A DNA stretch of 64,000 nt from positions 32,001 through 96,000 of the forward strand of contig CAVSGO010000007.1 of assembly GCA_963727525.1 (NCBI GenBank), read 5' to 3'. The notes beneath the pieces were generated by a model. That model searched no databases. It worked only from the letters and a program-made list of their open reading frames with translations, and was not told the DNA's origin. The stretch comes from an uncultured bacterium (GTDB taxonomy: Bacteria; Krumholzibacteriota; Krumholzibacteriia; LZORAL124-64-63). The translations under genes were made by a program, and so were the position numbers. This document shows positions 32,637 to 42,348 of this stretch, piece by piece (position 1 is the first letter of the stretch; each line of letters starts with the position of its first letter).

Positions 32637-32665
32637 TTGACGTCGGGTATAACCCGGGTTATACT
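32637..32665 (+). promoter_or_regulatory. Sigma70-type promoter with palindromic operator of the TA operon
   Basis: TTGACG-17 bp-TATACT; perfect palindrome GTATAACCCGGGTTATAC at 32647-32664. Confidence 0.85.
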
Positions 32666-32671
32666 GAGAGC

Positions 32672-32911
32672 ATGAAAACTGCGATTTCAATTCCTGACGA
32701 GCTTTTTGCCGCGGCGGACCGGGTGGCTAAGCGTTTGGGGCTGTCGCGCAGCGAACTGTATCAGAAAGCCTTGGCGACGTATCTCGAGGGACAGGACAGC
32801 ACCGCCGTAACGGAACAGCTCAACCACGTGTACGCAACGGACGACGTGGGAGAGATCGATCCCGTTCTTTCTGCGATGCAACGGGGGAGTATAGTACGGG
32901 AGAACTGGTAG
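32672..32911 (+). CDS. Ribbon-helix-helix antitoxin
   Basis: MKTAISIPDELF..AD..AKRLGLSRSELY..AL; overlaps the toxin start. Confidence 0.88.
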   Translation: MKTAISIPDELFAAADRVAKRLGLSRSELYQKALATYLEGQDSTAVTEQLNHVYATDDVGEIDPVLSAMQRGSIVRENW

Positions 32912-33264
32912 CTAAACGCGGCGAAGTGTGGTGGGCAGAGCTTGCTGCTCCGCAGGGGTCGGGGCCTGGCTTCCGTCGACCGGTGCTGATCATTCAAGCT
33001 GATTCGTTCAATCGGAGCCGCATCGCGACTCTGATAGTTATCGCGATTACATCGAATCTCGCTCTCGTGGACGCGCCGGGGAATGTGTTGCTTAAGTGCC
33101 GCGAGAGTAAGTTGCCTCGCGACTCCGTCATCAACGTCTCGCAAGTACTCACACTTGATCGGCGTTACTTGGTTGAACGGGTGGGCCGTCTATCAGCCAA
33201 GTCGCTTCGCGAAGTTGAAGCCGGATTGTACCTCGTGCTAGGGCTGCAGGCGAGCGTGGGATAA
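32905..33264 (+). CDS. PemK/MazF family toxin (probable CTG start)
   Basis: KRGEVWWA, GSGPGFRRPVLIIQ.D.FN.S, AITSN, DSVINVSQ; stop lies in the attC R'' box. Confidence 0.92.
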   Translation: MVAKRGEVWWAELAAPQGSGPGFRRPVLIIQADSFNRSRIATLIVIAITSNLALVDAPGNVLLKCRESKLPRDSVINVSQVLTLDRRYLVERVGRLSAKSLREVEAGLYLVLGLQASVG

Positions 33265-33356
33265 CGAACTGTTGCAGCTGACGGATCGCGCTCGTCACGG
33301 CCCGCGCCGAACACGGCTCGCGCCAAACGCGCCCGCCGCTCAACGCGGCGTTATGG
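33259..33356 (+). other. Integron attC site
   Basis: GGATAAC...ttgcagctgacgg...gtcacg...ccgccgctcaa...GTTATGG. Confidence 0.82.
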
Positions 33357-33425
33357 GCCGACTACGACTACGCCGATCGGTATTCGGTTTGCAAACGCGC
33401 CGAAGTATGCGCGATACGGGTAGGC

Positions 33426-33525
33426 GGCTAACGGAGCGTTTGCGCAGCCAGCTCGGCCCTGTCACGCCGCTGGCGGAGCCAGCGCGCGCGGCAGGCCCGC
33501 CCGCTGTTCAACGCAGACGTTAGCG
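33426..33525 (+). other. Integron attC site
   Basis: GGCTAAC...ttgcgcagc...gtcacg...gctgttcaa...GTTAGCG. Confidence 0.8.
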
Positions 33526-33609
33526 TTTATTCGCTATAATGGTGCTCCTTGACGACCCGTCGAACTAAGCGGAGTCTTACCAGTAAGACGTGCACTGATC
33601 GAGGAGGTC

Positions 33610-33876
33610 ATGGTGTCTAATCCCGCAACAACCCGGATGTCATCCAAGGGGCAAGTCGTTATTCCTGAGGAGATTCGCGATAGACTCGGCCTCACCGCGG
33701 GGCTCAGTTTATCGTCATTGGGGACAATGGCGTCGTCATCCTCAAGACTCTGGCGCCGCCCAAAATGAGCGATTTCGACCAGTTAGTAGGCCAAGCGCGA
33801 CGTCAGGAGCGGAAGGCCGGTCTCGAGCGGTCGGATGTTTCGAAAGCGGTGAAGGCTGAGAAGAAAGCAAAAATAA
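33610..33876 (+). pseudogene. AbrB/MazE-like antitoxin, frameshift in G-run near 33700
   Basis: MVSNPATTRMSSKGQVVIPEEIRDRLGLTAG then shifted QFIVIGDNGVVILK; RBS GAGGAGG. Confidence 0.8.
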
Positions 33877-34045
33877 GGTCGTTCTCGACACGAACGTCTT
33901 TGTATCCGGGGTCTTTTTCTCTGGGCCGCCGTTGGAGATCCTGAGTGCGTGGCGCGACGGACGCTTCCAGATGGTCGTGTCGGCCGAGATGCTGGATGAA
34001 TCCCGACGGGTCGGGGAACGTCTTGAGGCCGGTTATGTCGGGGAC
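33875..34045 (+). pseudogene. PIN-domain toxin, N-terminal fragment
   Basis: KVVLDTNVFVSGVFFSGPPLEILSAWRDGRFQMVVSAEMLDE; start codon lost, truncated. Confidence 0.8.
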
Positions 34046-34253
34046 GCATTTTCGCGGGTATATCTGCTTGTCGCACTACAATTGCCACGCGATTCGCCTT
34101 GTAGCCGAGATTCCTGGTGAATGGGTCCATGTTGTACTGGCTGTTCGTGTTCTGTATGTGGCCGAGAAAATCGGCGCGTTTTCTGGTGAGGTGATTGCGT
34201 GATTGGTCTCATCGCAGCTTACCGCGCCTAGCGCGGAATGAGGAGGCCTCAAT

Positions 34254-34347
34254 GAGCATCAAGTGCTTGCGCCCGACATTCGCGTCTGTCACGTCTTGTG
34301 TTGGCGCCCCAACCGCGCCAGCCACGCTGTTCAACGCAACGATTGCC
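34254..34347 (+). other. Degenerate attC site
   Basis: ttgcgcccgaca...tgtcacg...cgcgcc...gctgttcaacgca shared with neighbouring attCs; both R boxes mutated. Confidence 0.55.
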
Positions 34348-34431
34348 TACTATACATCCTAGGTGGGCTTGTCCCGACGGCCGTCGCGCTCTCGCCCTTT
34401 GGCGGACGTCATTCTTGCCCGGGAGGAAAAT

Positions 34432-35075
34432 ATGGCTCGCGTACGCGTACACAACTTTGCGATCTCGATCGAAGGCTACGGGGCCGGCCCGCGCCAGACT
34501 CGCGAGGAGCCCCTCGGTGTCGGCGGGGAGGCGCTACACGAATGGCTATTCCCGACGCGCATCTTCCAGCGCATGGGGGGGAAGACCGGCGGCACCACCG
34601 GCGTCGATGACGAGTTCGTTGGGCGATTTGGCGATGGCGTCGGCGCATGGATCATGGGTCGTAACATGTTCGGTCCGATTCGAGGTGCCTGGCCCGATGA
34701 CACGTGGCGCGGCTGGTGGGGAAAGAATCCCCGTACCACGGCCCGGTTTTCGTACTGACGCATCATGCCCGCACGTCGGTCGAGATGGAAGGGGGTACGG
34801 TCTACCACTTCGTTACTAAGGGTATTCGCGGGGCGATGGAGAGCGCCGTGGCGGCCGCGAAGGGCAAGGACGTGCAGATCAGCGGCGGCGTGGCGACGGT
34901 CCGCCAGTACCTCGAGGCGAGACTCATCGACGAGCTACACGTGGCGATCGCACCCAAGCTGCTCGGCTCCGGCGAACATCTCCTATACGGCCTCGATCTC
35001 GCTGGCCTGGGCTATGAGTGCACGACTCATGTCCCGACCGCCGCCGCAACTCATGTCGTGCTGACACGCCGCTGA
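34432..35075 (+). pseudogene. Dihydrofolate reductase/RibD C-terminal family protein, frameshift near 34730
   Basis: ISIEGYGAGP, IMGRNMF, PVFVLTH, DVQISGG, IDELHVAIAP.LLGSG. Confidence 0.85.
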
Positions 35076-35189
35076 ACCTGGCGTTATCGGGACCGCAGCG
35101 ATGCATCGCGTGCGTTGAAGAGGTTCCGGAAGCGCTGTGCATTGACCGCGATGGTCCTGGCATTTGCTACCTGAAACCGAGGAGCGGCC

Positions 35190-35435
35190 ATGAAGGCGGA
35201 TTTCGATAGTGCATTCCGGGGCCATCTCGACGCTATCGCCAATCGCGATATCGAAGCGTTCAAAGCCAATCTCACGCGCGGCGACAAGCTCTACACGATT
35301 GTCCAGAATGGGCACGCGTTCACGACACCGTCGGAGTCGATAGAAGTCCACGAGCAGTGGTTAAAGGACCGGAACTGGATCTGGGCGCTTGACTATGCGG
35401 CCTTTGCCCGGTCAGCCGGCATGGAAATCAAGTAG
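35190..35435 (+). pseudogene. NTF2/SnoaL-like protein, truncated
   Basis: HLDAIANRDIEAF...HEQW; RBS GAGGAG; too short for a full fold. Confidence 0.55.
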
Positions 35436-35639
35436 GAGGGCCGCGGGGGTGGCACTTGATTTCCTGAACGCGGTCTCGACTACTCGCGAGGTTTGTCGCG
35501 ATGTCGAGGGTCGTCAGCATACTGTCCGGGTTGCCAGAGGGCCACATCGCCGATGTCAATGATCGGGTGGCCGACGCTGACTGTTTCTGGGAATAGTGCT
35601 ACGGTCGTGCCACCACGCCTGCTCTCGCGGACAGCATAC

Positions 35640-35780
35640 CTGGCCGAGAAGCTCGAGCCTCCTCTTCACGTCCAGGTCGCCGCCATCGACGGGATCGAAG
35701 CCACGATCAGCGACGGGGCGGAGCACCTCGGGCCTGGTGTTGACCGGATCGCCACAGACCGAGAGAGCGCTCCGCCCCGG
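35640..35780 (-). pseudogene. Remnant of NADP oxidoreductase/F420 reductase-like C-terminus
   Basis: VCGD....EVLR.VADRGFDPVDGGDLD..RRLE. Confidence 0.5.
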
Positions 35781-35884
35781 CGTGCCCCCCGGAACGCCCT
35801 TCCTGCGTAGTCCGCGCCTCGCATTCGCGATCGAGACGAGATGGCCGAGGCTTGCGCGGTGGCGGGCCGGGGTCGACGCGCGTG

Positions 35885-36358
35885 TCAGCCCTTCGCCTTG
35901 TTCTTCATCATCTCCTGCATGCGCTTCTTTAATTCCTCGGGAGCGACGTCCTCGACGTGGGTGGCGATATTCCATATGTGGCCGAATGGATCGGCGAGCA
36001 TGCCCGAGCGATCGCCATAGAACTGGTTCTCCACGGGGCGGGTTTGCCTGGCGCCCGCATCGATCGCACGTTTGAACACGGCGTCGACGTCGTCGACGTA
36101 GACCAGCAGGCTGATGGACATGCGGTCGTCGCTCGCCGGCGCGAAACAGCCCATCTGCGGCATCTCGTCGGCAAGCATCACGTGGCCGGCGCCGATCTTC
36201 AGCTCCGCGTGTCCGATCTTGCCGTCAGGGCCCGGCATCCGCATCGTCTCCCTGGCGCCGAAGACTTTCGTGTAGAAGTCGATCGCTTTCGCCGCGTCCT
36301 TGACGACCAGGTAGGGTGTCAAGGCCTCGTAGCCCTCGGGAATCTTGCGGGTCGTCAT
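35885..36358 (-). CDS. VOC/glyoxalase (PhnB-like) protein
   Basis: LTPYLVVKDAAKAIDFY, HAELKIG, QFYGDRSG..ADPFGH.W. Confidence 0.93.
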   Translation of the reverse strand: MTTRKIPEGYEALTPYLVVKDAAKAIDFYTKVFGARETMRMPGPDGKIGHAELKIGAGHVMLADEMPQMGCFAPASDDRMSISLLVYVDDVDAVFKRAIDAGARQTRPVENQFYGDRSGMLADPFGHIWNIATHVEDVAPEELKKRMQEMMKNKAKG

Positions 36359-36624
36359 GGTGGTGTGCCTCCTCTTCGGTGTGGGGTGGACAAGACAAGT
36401 AAGTCCACTTCGAGACGTCTCGCATCGCGCGCAATTTTTGAAAACGAGGACTCGGCGCCTGTTCCTGGACGCGGATTATCAGAATCGGGCGACCGCGATC
36501 CGGATCCTCGTTTCGGTCGAGCTGCGCCGTGCCCTCGCCGCGTCGTCAATCATACCTAACATGGTGCGCAGCGGGGCGTGACCGTGCGCCACGGTGAAGA
36601 TGTTCCCTCGCCAAGGCGGTCAAC

Positions 36625-38424
36625 GTGGTGGAGTCCATCGTACTGGCGGCGTTGCTGGTGGGCGCAATCGTCCTGTTCTGGACGCAGAAGCTGCCCTCGG
36701 ATCTCACGGCCGTCCTGCTGATGCTGGCGCTCATCGTGCCGTGGCCTCATGGCGACGGGGCCTGGCATGGCCTGCTCAGCTATACCGACGCCTTCGCGGG
36801 GTTCGGCAGCTCGGCCGTGATCATGATCGCGTCCATGTTCGTGCTCGGCGGTGCACTGGTGCAAACAGGCGCGGCGGAATCGCTCGGGGTGACCGTGTTC
36901 CGCGCGGTGGCGGCCCGGGAGTGGTCGTTGCAGCTCGCAATTCTCGGCGTAACGACCGCGTGCTCGATGTTCGTCAACGACACCACGACGGTGCTCGTGT
37001 TCATGCCGGTGATCATGACCATCTGCCACGAGCGCAATCTGGCGCCCTCGCGCTATCTGATCTTCGCGGCCTACGGCGCGCTGCTCGGAGGTCAGTGGAC
37101 GCTCATCGGCACGCGCAGCAACATCGTGATCAGCGACATCACGCGCTCGGTCACCGGTCACGGGCTGGGGTTCTTCGACTTCGCGCCCACGGCGGCCGGC
37201 ATCCTGGGCCTGGGGGCGATCTACCTCGTGACCGTGGGGCGTCGTCTCCTGCCGCGCACGCGACACCTGCGCCCGGCCGCGGCTGACGGGACGGACGACC
37301 GCGCGTACCTGACCGAGGTTGCCGTCGCGCCGGCGTCGGACGCTGTCGGCAAGCCGGTGCGCGATCTCGAGTGGAGCAAGCGGCAGAACGTGGCGGTCGT
37401 GGACATCCTGCGCGGCGAGCGCCGTCTGCCGCCGTCGTTCCCGCTTGCCGAGGGGGACATCCTCATCGTGCGGGGATCACCGAAGGTGATGCAGGATCTG
37501 CTCAAGACGAGCGATTTCCAGCTCAAGGGGGAAGTGGCCATCGACCCCGAGACCCTGCAGAGCGTGGATCTGGTGACGGTGGAAGCGGTGCTCGCGCCGC
37601 AATCGTCGTACATCGGCCGCACGCTCGACGAGGTCGACTTCCAGACCCTTTACCGGTTCACGATCATGGGGGTGGCCCGCACCGGCCGGGAGCTGAGCCA
37701 GCGACCGGGATCGTTGCGGTTGCGGTTCGGGGACTACCTGCTGCTGCTGGGCAACGTCGCCGACCTGCCGCGGCTGCGCCGCAATCGCAACCTCATCCTG
37801 CTCGGCGAGCGCGCGATTCCCGCGCTTGGTCGCCGCAAAGCCGTGATGGCCATCGCACTGCTCCTGGCGGTCATCGGCACCTCCATGGCGGGACTCGTAC
37901 CCCCGCCGGCATCGATCCCGGTGGCCGCGGCGCTGGCCGTGATCCTCGGCTGCATCAGCCCCCAGCGCGCCTACGAGAGCATCGACTGGTCGACGGTCAT
38001 CACGCTTGGCTCGATGATCGCCTTCGGTGTGGCCATCGAGAAGACCGGGACGGCAGCCAGCGTGGCCCGGTTCCTCGTCGAGTCCCTCGCGGGTTCTCCG
38101 CCGGTCGTCCTGATGGGGGCACTGCTGATCGTGGCCTTGCTGCTCACGCAGCTCATCGAGAACGTCGCCGTGGCCATCATCATGGCGCCGATCGCCCTGG
38201 CCGTCGCCAGCCAGGCCGACGCCGATCCGCGCCCTTTCATGGTCGGCCTGGCGGTGTGCATCTCGTCGGCGTTCTGCACGCCGGTAGCCCACGAGAGTAC
38301 GATCCTCGTGGTCGGACCCGGCGGCTACCGTTTCAGCGACTACCTGCGCGTGGGCAGTTTCCTGGTCTTCCTCACGTGGTCGATCACCTTGCTGATCACG
38401 CCGATGGTGTGGCCATTCAAGTGA
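36625..38424 (+). CDS. SLC13 family permease with two TrkA-C domains
   Basis: Many TMs, SMFVNDT, TLIGTRSN, two RCK-C domains, TPVAH, GPGGYRFSDY. Confidence 0.92.
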   Translation: MVESIVLAALLVGAIVLFWTQKLPSDLTAVLLMLALIVPWPHGDGAWHGLLSYTDAFAGFGSSAVIMIASMFVLGGALVQTGAAESLGVTVFRAVAAREWSLQLAILGVTTACSMFVNDTTTVLVFMPVIMTICHERNLAPSRYLIFAAYGALLGGQWTLIGTRSNIVISDITRSVTGHGLGFFDFAPTAAGILGLGAIYLVTVGRRLLPRTRHLRPAAADGTDDRAYLTEVAVAPASDAVGKPVRDLEWSKRQNVAVVDILRGERRLPPSFPLAEGDILIVRGSPKVMQDLLKTSDFQLKGEVAIDPETLQSVDLVTVEAVLAPQSSYIGRTLDEVDFQTLYRFTIMGVARTGRELSQRPGSLRLRFGDYLLLLGNVADLPRLRRNRNLILLGERAIPALGRRKAVMAIALLLAVIGTSMAGLVPPPASIPVAAALAVILGCISPQRAYESIDWSTVITLGSMIAFGVAIEKTGTAASVARFLVESLAGSPPVVLMGALLIVALLLTQLIENVAVAIIMAPIALAVASQADADPRPFMVGLAVCISSAFCTPVAHESTILVVGPGGYRFSDYLRVGSFLVFLTWSITLLITPMVWPFK

Positions 38425-38472
38425 TCGATCGTCATCGTCACCGAGGGCAACGGCCACTCGTTCTCCTTCTCC

Positions 38473-39842
38473 TGTGCCTAATCAAAACTCCATCTGCCGC
38501 GCGATCGGCGTCGTAAATCGGCGTTCCCGGGTTTGCTGACGCCGGAAAGCTGAGAATGGCGGCCGGAATCGGCGCCGGTCGGCTGGGCTACTCGTCGAGG
38601 TTAGCTCGTTTGATGGTCTTGGGTACTGTCGCGGCCGTCGCTGGACAGAGTGGTCCCCAGCGATCTCACCGACCGTCCCGACCTGGGTTACGCGGCTTCC
38701 CGATAGTACCGGCTATGTAACCCACCCAGAAATCGGCGGCGTCTCACCGGCCCAACGTCGGGCGGTTCGACCGGTCGTCCATCCGGCGTGTCCTTGCCGA
38801 GGCCGAGGTGGGTTCGCGAACCATGGTAGTACTCGAGATACTGCTTGAGGAGCTTCGTGCGTGGGGCTCGTTGAAGACAATGACGTGATTCAGACACTCG
38901 CGCTTCAGGGTGCCGACGACACGTTCGCAGTAGCTGTTCTGCCACGGCGATCGCGCGCTGATCACCCTCTCCTCGATGCCCCTTACGCGTAGGACGGTTT
39001 CGACCTCGCCACTGTAGATCCGATCGCGATCGCGAATGAGGAACCGCGGTGCGGTATCGAAGGGGAATGCCTGGATGATCTGGCGAGCGGTCCATTCGCC
39101 GGTCGGGTGGGCGGTGACGTTGAGGTGGACGATCTGCCGTCGGTCGAGAGAGAGAATGACAAAGATGTAGATGGTCTTGAACATGACGGTGGGGACGGTG
39201 AGGAAGTCGATGGCGCAGGTCTCGCGGAGGTGGTTGTCGAGAAACGTCCGCCAGTTCTGGGTAGGTCGGCCTCGTCACTTGACCATGTACCTCGCGACGG
39301 TCGCTTCCGACACGAAGTAGCCGAGTTTCAGGAGTTCGCCGTGGATGCGCGGCGCGCCCCAGGTGGGGTTCTCGCGTGACACGCGGCGGATCAGCTCGAC
39401 AACGTCAAAGGGGATGCGGGGCCTACCTACCGCCTGTGGTCGGCTCTTGCGCCTCCACCAGAGGCGCCATCCCTTTCGGTGCCAGGCGATCACGGTCTCA
39501 GGTTGGACGAGGCGCAGCGGTCGCCGCCAGCCTGCCCAGTAGCGGCAAAGCAGGAGCCAGAAAGTCCGGTCCAGAGCTGTGAATGGTGGCCTGGGATTCG
39601 ATCGCTGCAGCACGAGGATCTGCTGGCGCAGGGCGAGGTTCTCGATGACCAGGTCACGGCGCGGGCGAACGAGGTCGCGCAGGAATTCGAGGACGATGTT
39701 TGGCATGGGTAGGGATCGGCCGTTTGAGCGACTAGTTGAGACCCACGGAATTGGTCAGCAGCGACGATTTAGAGCGTCGGCTTGTGGTATACTCGTGAAG
39801 TCGTAACTCTGGTCGTGGCAATGCCGACGGGGTTTTGAGGAG
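38473..39842 (-). mobile_element. Decayed rve (integrase core/DDE) IS-like element
   Basis: End TGTGCCTAATCAAAACTCCATC (38473-38494) with an imperfect truncated inverted copy GACGGGGTTTTGAGGAG (39826-39842). Confidence 0.7.
38688..39706 (-). pseudogene. Integrase core domain transposase; in-frame TGA at 39275-39277 and frameshift near 38855
   Basis: ENLALRQQ, ENPTWGAPRIHGEL, AIDFLTV, LIRDRD, SPWQN..CER, LGGLHSRY. Confidence 0.88.
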
Positions 39843-39923
39843 AAAGTATGGTAGGATCGAGGGAGAGAGCTGGCGCCATGGGGGAAAGGCGTTTCGAAAA
39901 CGTGATCTGTTTGTCGTATACGC
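39843..39923 (+). mobile_element. Isolated type-A ori end (copy 6)
   Basis: aaagtatggtagga...gcgccatgggg...cgaaaacgtgatctgtttgtcgtatacgc matches 28791-28871. Confidence 0.82.
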
Positions 39924-40089
39924 CGGCACCGACTACGAGCTCGACGGCGGGACCACCCGCTTTTCCATCGAGATCGCGGGCCTGACCATCGAGTGGCTCA
40001 CCGCCATCCGTATCCTGAACGACACCTTTTCGCGCGACGGCTTCGAGATCACGCCCGCCGACGCCGACGCCGACATCGTCGGGCGCTAG
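39924..40089 (+). pseudogene. 3' fragment of unknown gene cut at the ori junction
   Basis: GTDYELDGGTTRFSIEIAGL...DIVGR* with strong GC3 bias; no start. Confidence 0.45.
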
Positions 40090-41942
40090 CGCCGCCGCAG
40101 CAACATCATGCGCGTGGACTGGGTCCGTCCGTCCGCCTGGATGCGGCACACGTATACGCCGCTGGCGGCCCGCTGACCGCGCTCGTCGCGGCCGTTCCAG
40201 CGCACGCTGCGATCGCCTCGCTCGAGACCGGCGCCGTCCACCAGCGTCCGCACCAGGCGGCCCCGCAGATCGTAGACGCTCACCGAGACGGGGCCCGAGC
40301 GGGCCACGCCGAAGCGGACGACCGTCTCGCCGTCGAAGGGATTGGGCGCGACGATGGGCGCCAGGGCCACGGCGGGTTCGCCATCGCCGACGGCCGTCGT
40401 GCCGCCGGCCACGGTCACCAGCACGTTGTCGGCCATGAAGGCGCGGATGAAGTCCTGGCAGGTGGGCGGATCGGCGTCGTAGGTGATCACCATCTGGTCG
40501 AAGGTGCCGGGGCTGGCGAAGTCCAGGGTGCCGGACGGCCAGGTGCCGGGATTGTCGGCGTTGGCGGTGCTCGTACCGACGAGAACTCCGCCGAGGTACG
40601 CCGTCGCCCGGATGGTCGATGTGTCGTTGCAGTTGTATTCCTGGGGCGCGAACATGATCGAGAATTCCGTGATGGGCGCCGAGAAGTCGACCTCGAGCGT
40701 CGCCTGATAGAGGCTGCTGGGATAGACGCACTTGCCGGCGAAGCCCGTGGGCAGGAACCCGGTGAAGTCGGCGTACTGGATGTAATAGCCGAAGGTCCCG
40801 GGCGCCCAGACGTGGGCCGTCAGCCCGCCGCGGGTGATGTCCAGCGGTAACGGTGCGTACAAGGTCTCGTCGTCGAAGTCGAAGAGCACGACGCCGGGCG
40901 CGACGGCGTAGTGGGCGACGAGGTTGCGGTTGGCCGCGGCGGTGAACGTGTAGCTGGGCGACGAACTCACCGGCGAGCCGTACTCGGTCCAGTTCACGAA
41001 TTCCCAGCGCGGATTGGTCGTCGCGGTCACCGTCACAATGGTGCCGCCGATGTAGAGGCCGTCGCCGGTGGTGGTGCCACCGATGAACGGCGCCGACGAC
41101 GTCGTCACCGTGTAGGCGGGCTGGAAGTTCGCCACCAGGTTGCGGTCGGCGTTGACTGTGAAGGTGTAGCTGGCGTTGCTGCTGACGTGGACGCCGCTTT
41201 CGGTCCAGTCGACGAAACCCCAGCCCACGTTGCCCACCGCCGTCACCGTTGCCGGCGTGCCGGCCGGATAGGGTCCGTCGCCGGTGGTGATGCCCGTGCC
41301 GGCGGGCGAGGCGGAGGTGGTGACCGTGTAGGTGGGCGCCGCGGTGGTGTGCAGCGAGAAGGCCAGATCGTGCGGCCAGAACTGGAACATGTGGCTGCCG
41401 CCGGTATACCGGAAGTGGTTGCCGTTGCCGCCGGTGCCCCACGCGACGCCCCAGAATGGCGAGCCGCTGACCTCTCCCTCGATCTGGACCCAGTACTTCA
41501 CGCCGGCCGTGGCCGGGAAAGCCTGGGTCAGCGTGGCGTGGTAATCGTACATGGTGATGCCGCCGTAGACGCCGGCGGGCGTCTGGCCGGCGTTGCCGGC
41601 GATGAAGAACCGGGCGAGGTAGGTGTCGTTGTCGCCCGGCAACCCGCAGAGCGGCTCGCTGCCCGTGGAATTCGTCGCATAAAAGGTGATGGTGAAGTCG
41701 GTCACGAGGCCGTAGCCGACGTATTGATAGCCGCCTCGCCAGTGGACCTCGGTGATCGGCACCGTGGCGTCCAGCACGAAGCTCTCGTAGCACCAGACAT
41801 CGTTATCAGTGCCGTCGGGCGGTGCCCATGAGGACGGCGCCACGCCACCGGCGGGATCGGGTGTCTGTTCGTAAATCATGACGGCCGGGACCTGGGCGGC
41901 GAACAGGCAGACGACGAGCGCGGTGATCAGTGGCGTTTTCAC
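40086..41942 (-). CDS. Secreted protein with two InlB-B/Flg_new-like repeats and FlgD-Ig C-terminus
   Basis: Signal peptide; YTVTTS..P..G.TTGDG.Y...F..WTE.G..VS....YTFT two times; PNPF...WNGRDERG...SGVY. Confidence 0.88.
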   Translation of the reverse strand: MKTPLITALVVCLFAAQVPAVMIYEQTPDPAGGVAPSSWAPPDGTDNDVWCYESFVLDATVPITEVHWRGGYQYVGYGLVTDFTITFYATNSTGSEPLCGLPGDNDTYLARFFIAGNAGQTPAGVYGGITMYDYHATLTQAFPATAGVKYWVQIEGEVSGSPFWGVAWGTGGNGNHFRYTGGSHMFQFWPHDLAFSLHTTAAPTYTVTTSASPAGTGITTGDGPYPAGTPATVTAVGNVGWGFVDWTESGVHVSSNASYTFTVNADRNLVANFQPAYTVTTSSAPFIGGTTTGDGLYIGGTIVTVTATTNPRWEFVNWTEYGSPVSSSPSYTFTAAANRNLVAHYAVAPGVVLFDFDDETLYAPLPLDITRGGLTAHVWAPGTFGYYIQYADFTGFLPTGFAGKCVYPSSLYQATLEVDFSAPITEFSIMFAPQEYNCNDTSTIRATAYLGGVLVGTSTANADNPGTWPSGTLDFASPGTFDQMVITYDADPPTCQDFIRAFMADNVLVTVAGGTTAVGDGEPAVALAPIVAPNPFDGETVVRFGVARSGPVSVSVYDLRGRLVRTLVDGAGLERGDRSVRWNGRDERGQRAASGVYVCRIQADGRTQSTRMMLLRRR

Positions 41943-42348
41943 GATATGATCCCTTGAACCGCCGCGGCGGCGTTTGGCGATGACAGTCCTGAGTCAGGGG
42001 AGTTGGAACCCCCGATGGAGATCATAAATCATTCGGCGAAACCAAGTCTAGACATAAAAAGTTTTAGACAATCAAAGTTCATGAATCCCGGCGATTTCAG
42101 CTGGTTCAACGTCGGAAGAATACCGGCGAAGATCGGTCCCAGGGTCTGGCCCAGACGCAGCACCGTGCCGTCAGGGTCATCAGGGGCATCAGGGCCTTCC
42201 CGAAGTCGATGGGCTGGCTGCTGCCGCGCAGGCTAGAGACATCCGACCCATTTTTTTAGAAATCCGTGCACTAATTCGGCGCGACCGCGCATGGGGGAGT
42301 ATCCTTATTGGCACCATGACGGCATGTTCCACCAGCCTGGAGCTCATC

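Noticed and set aside
34432-35075. dfr trimethoprim-resistance cassette
   Set aside because: Sequence fits the broad RibD-C/DHFR-like family rather than DfrA/DfrB, and it is frameshifted.
38688-39706. Integron integrase for the attC sites
   Set aside because: It is an rve/DDE protein, not a tyrosine recombinase.
42047-42074. dif-like site (minus TGATTGTCTAA-AACTTT-TTATGTCTAGA)
   Set aside because: Only 7/11 to the E. coli XerD arm and a poor XerC arm; equally explained as an operator (GTCTAGAC) between divergent genes.
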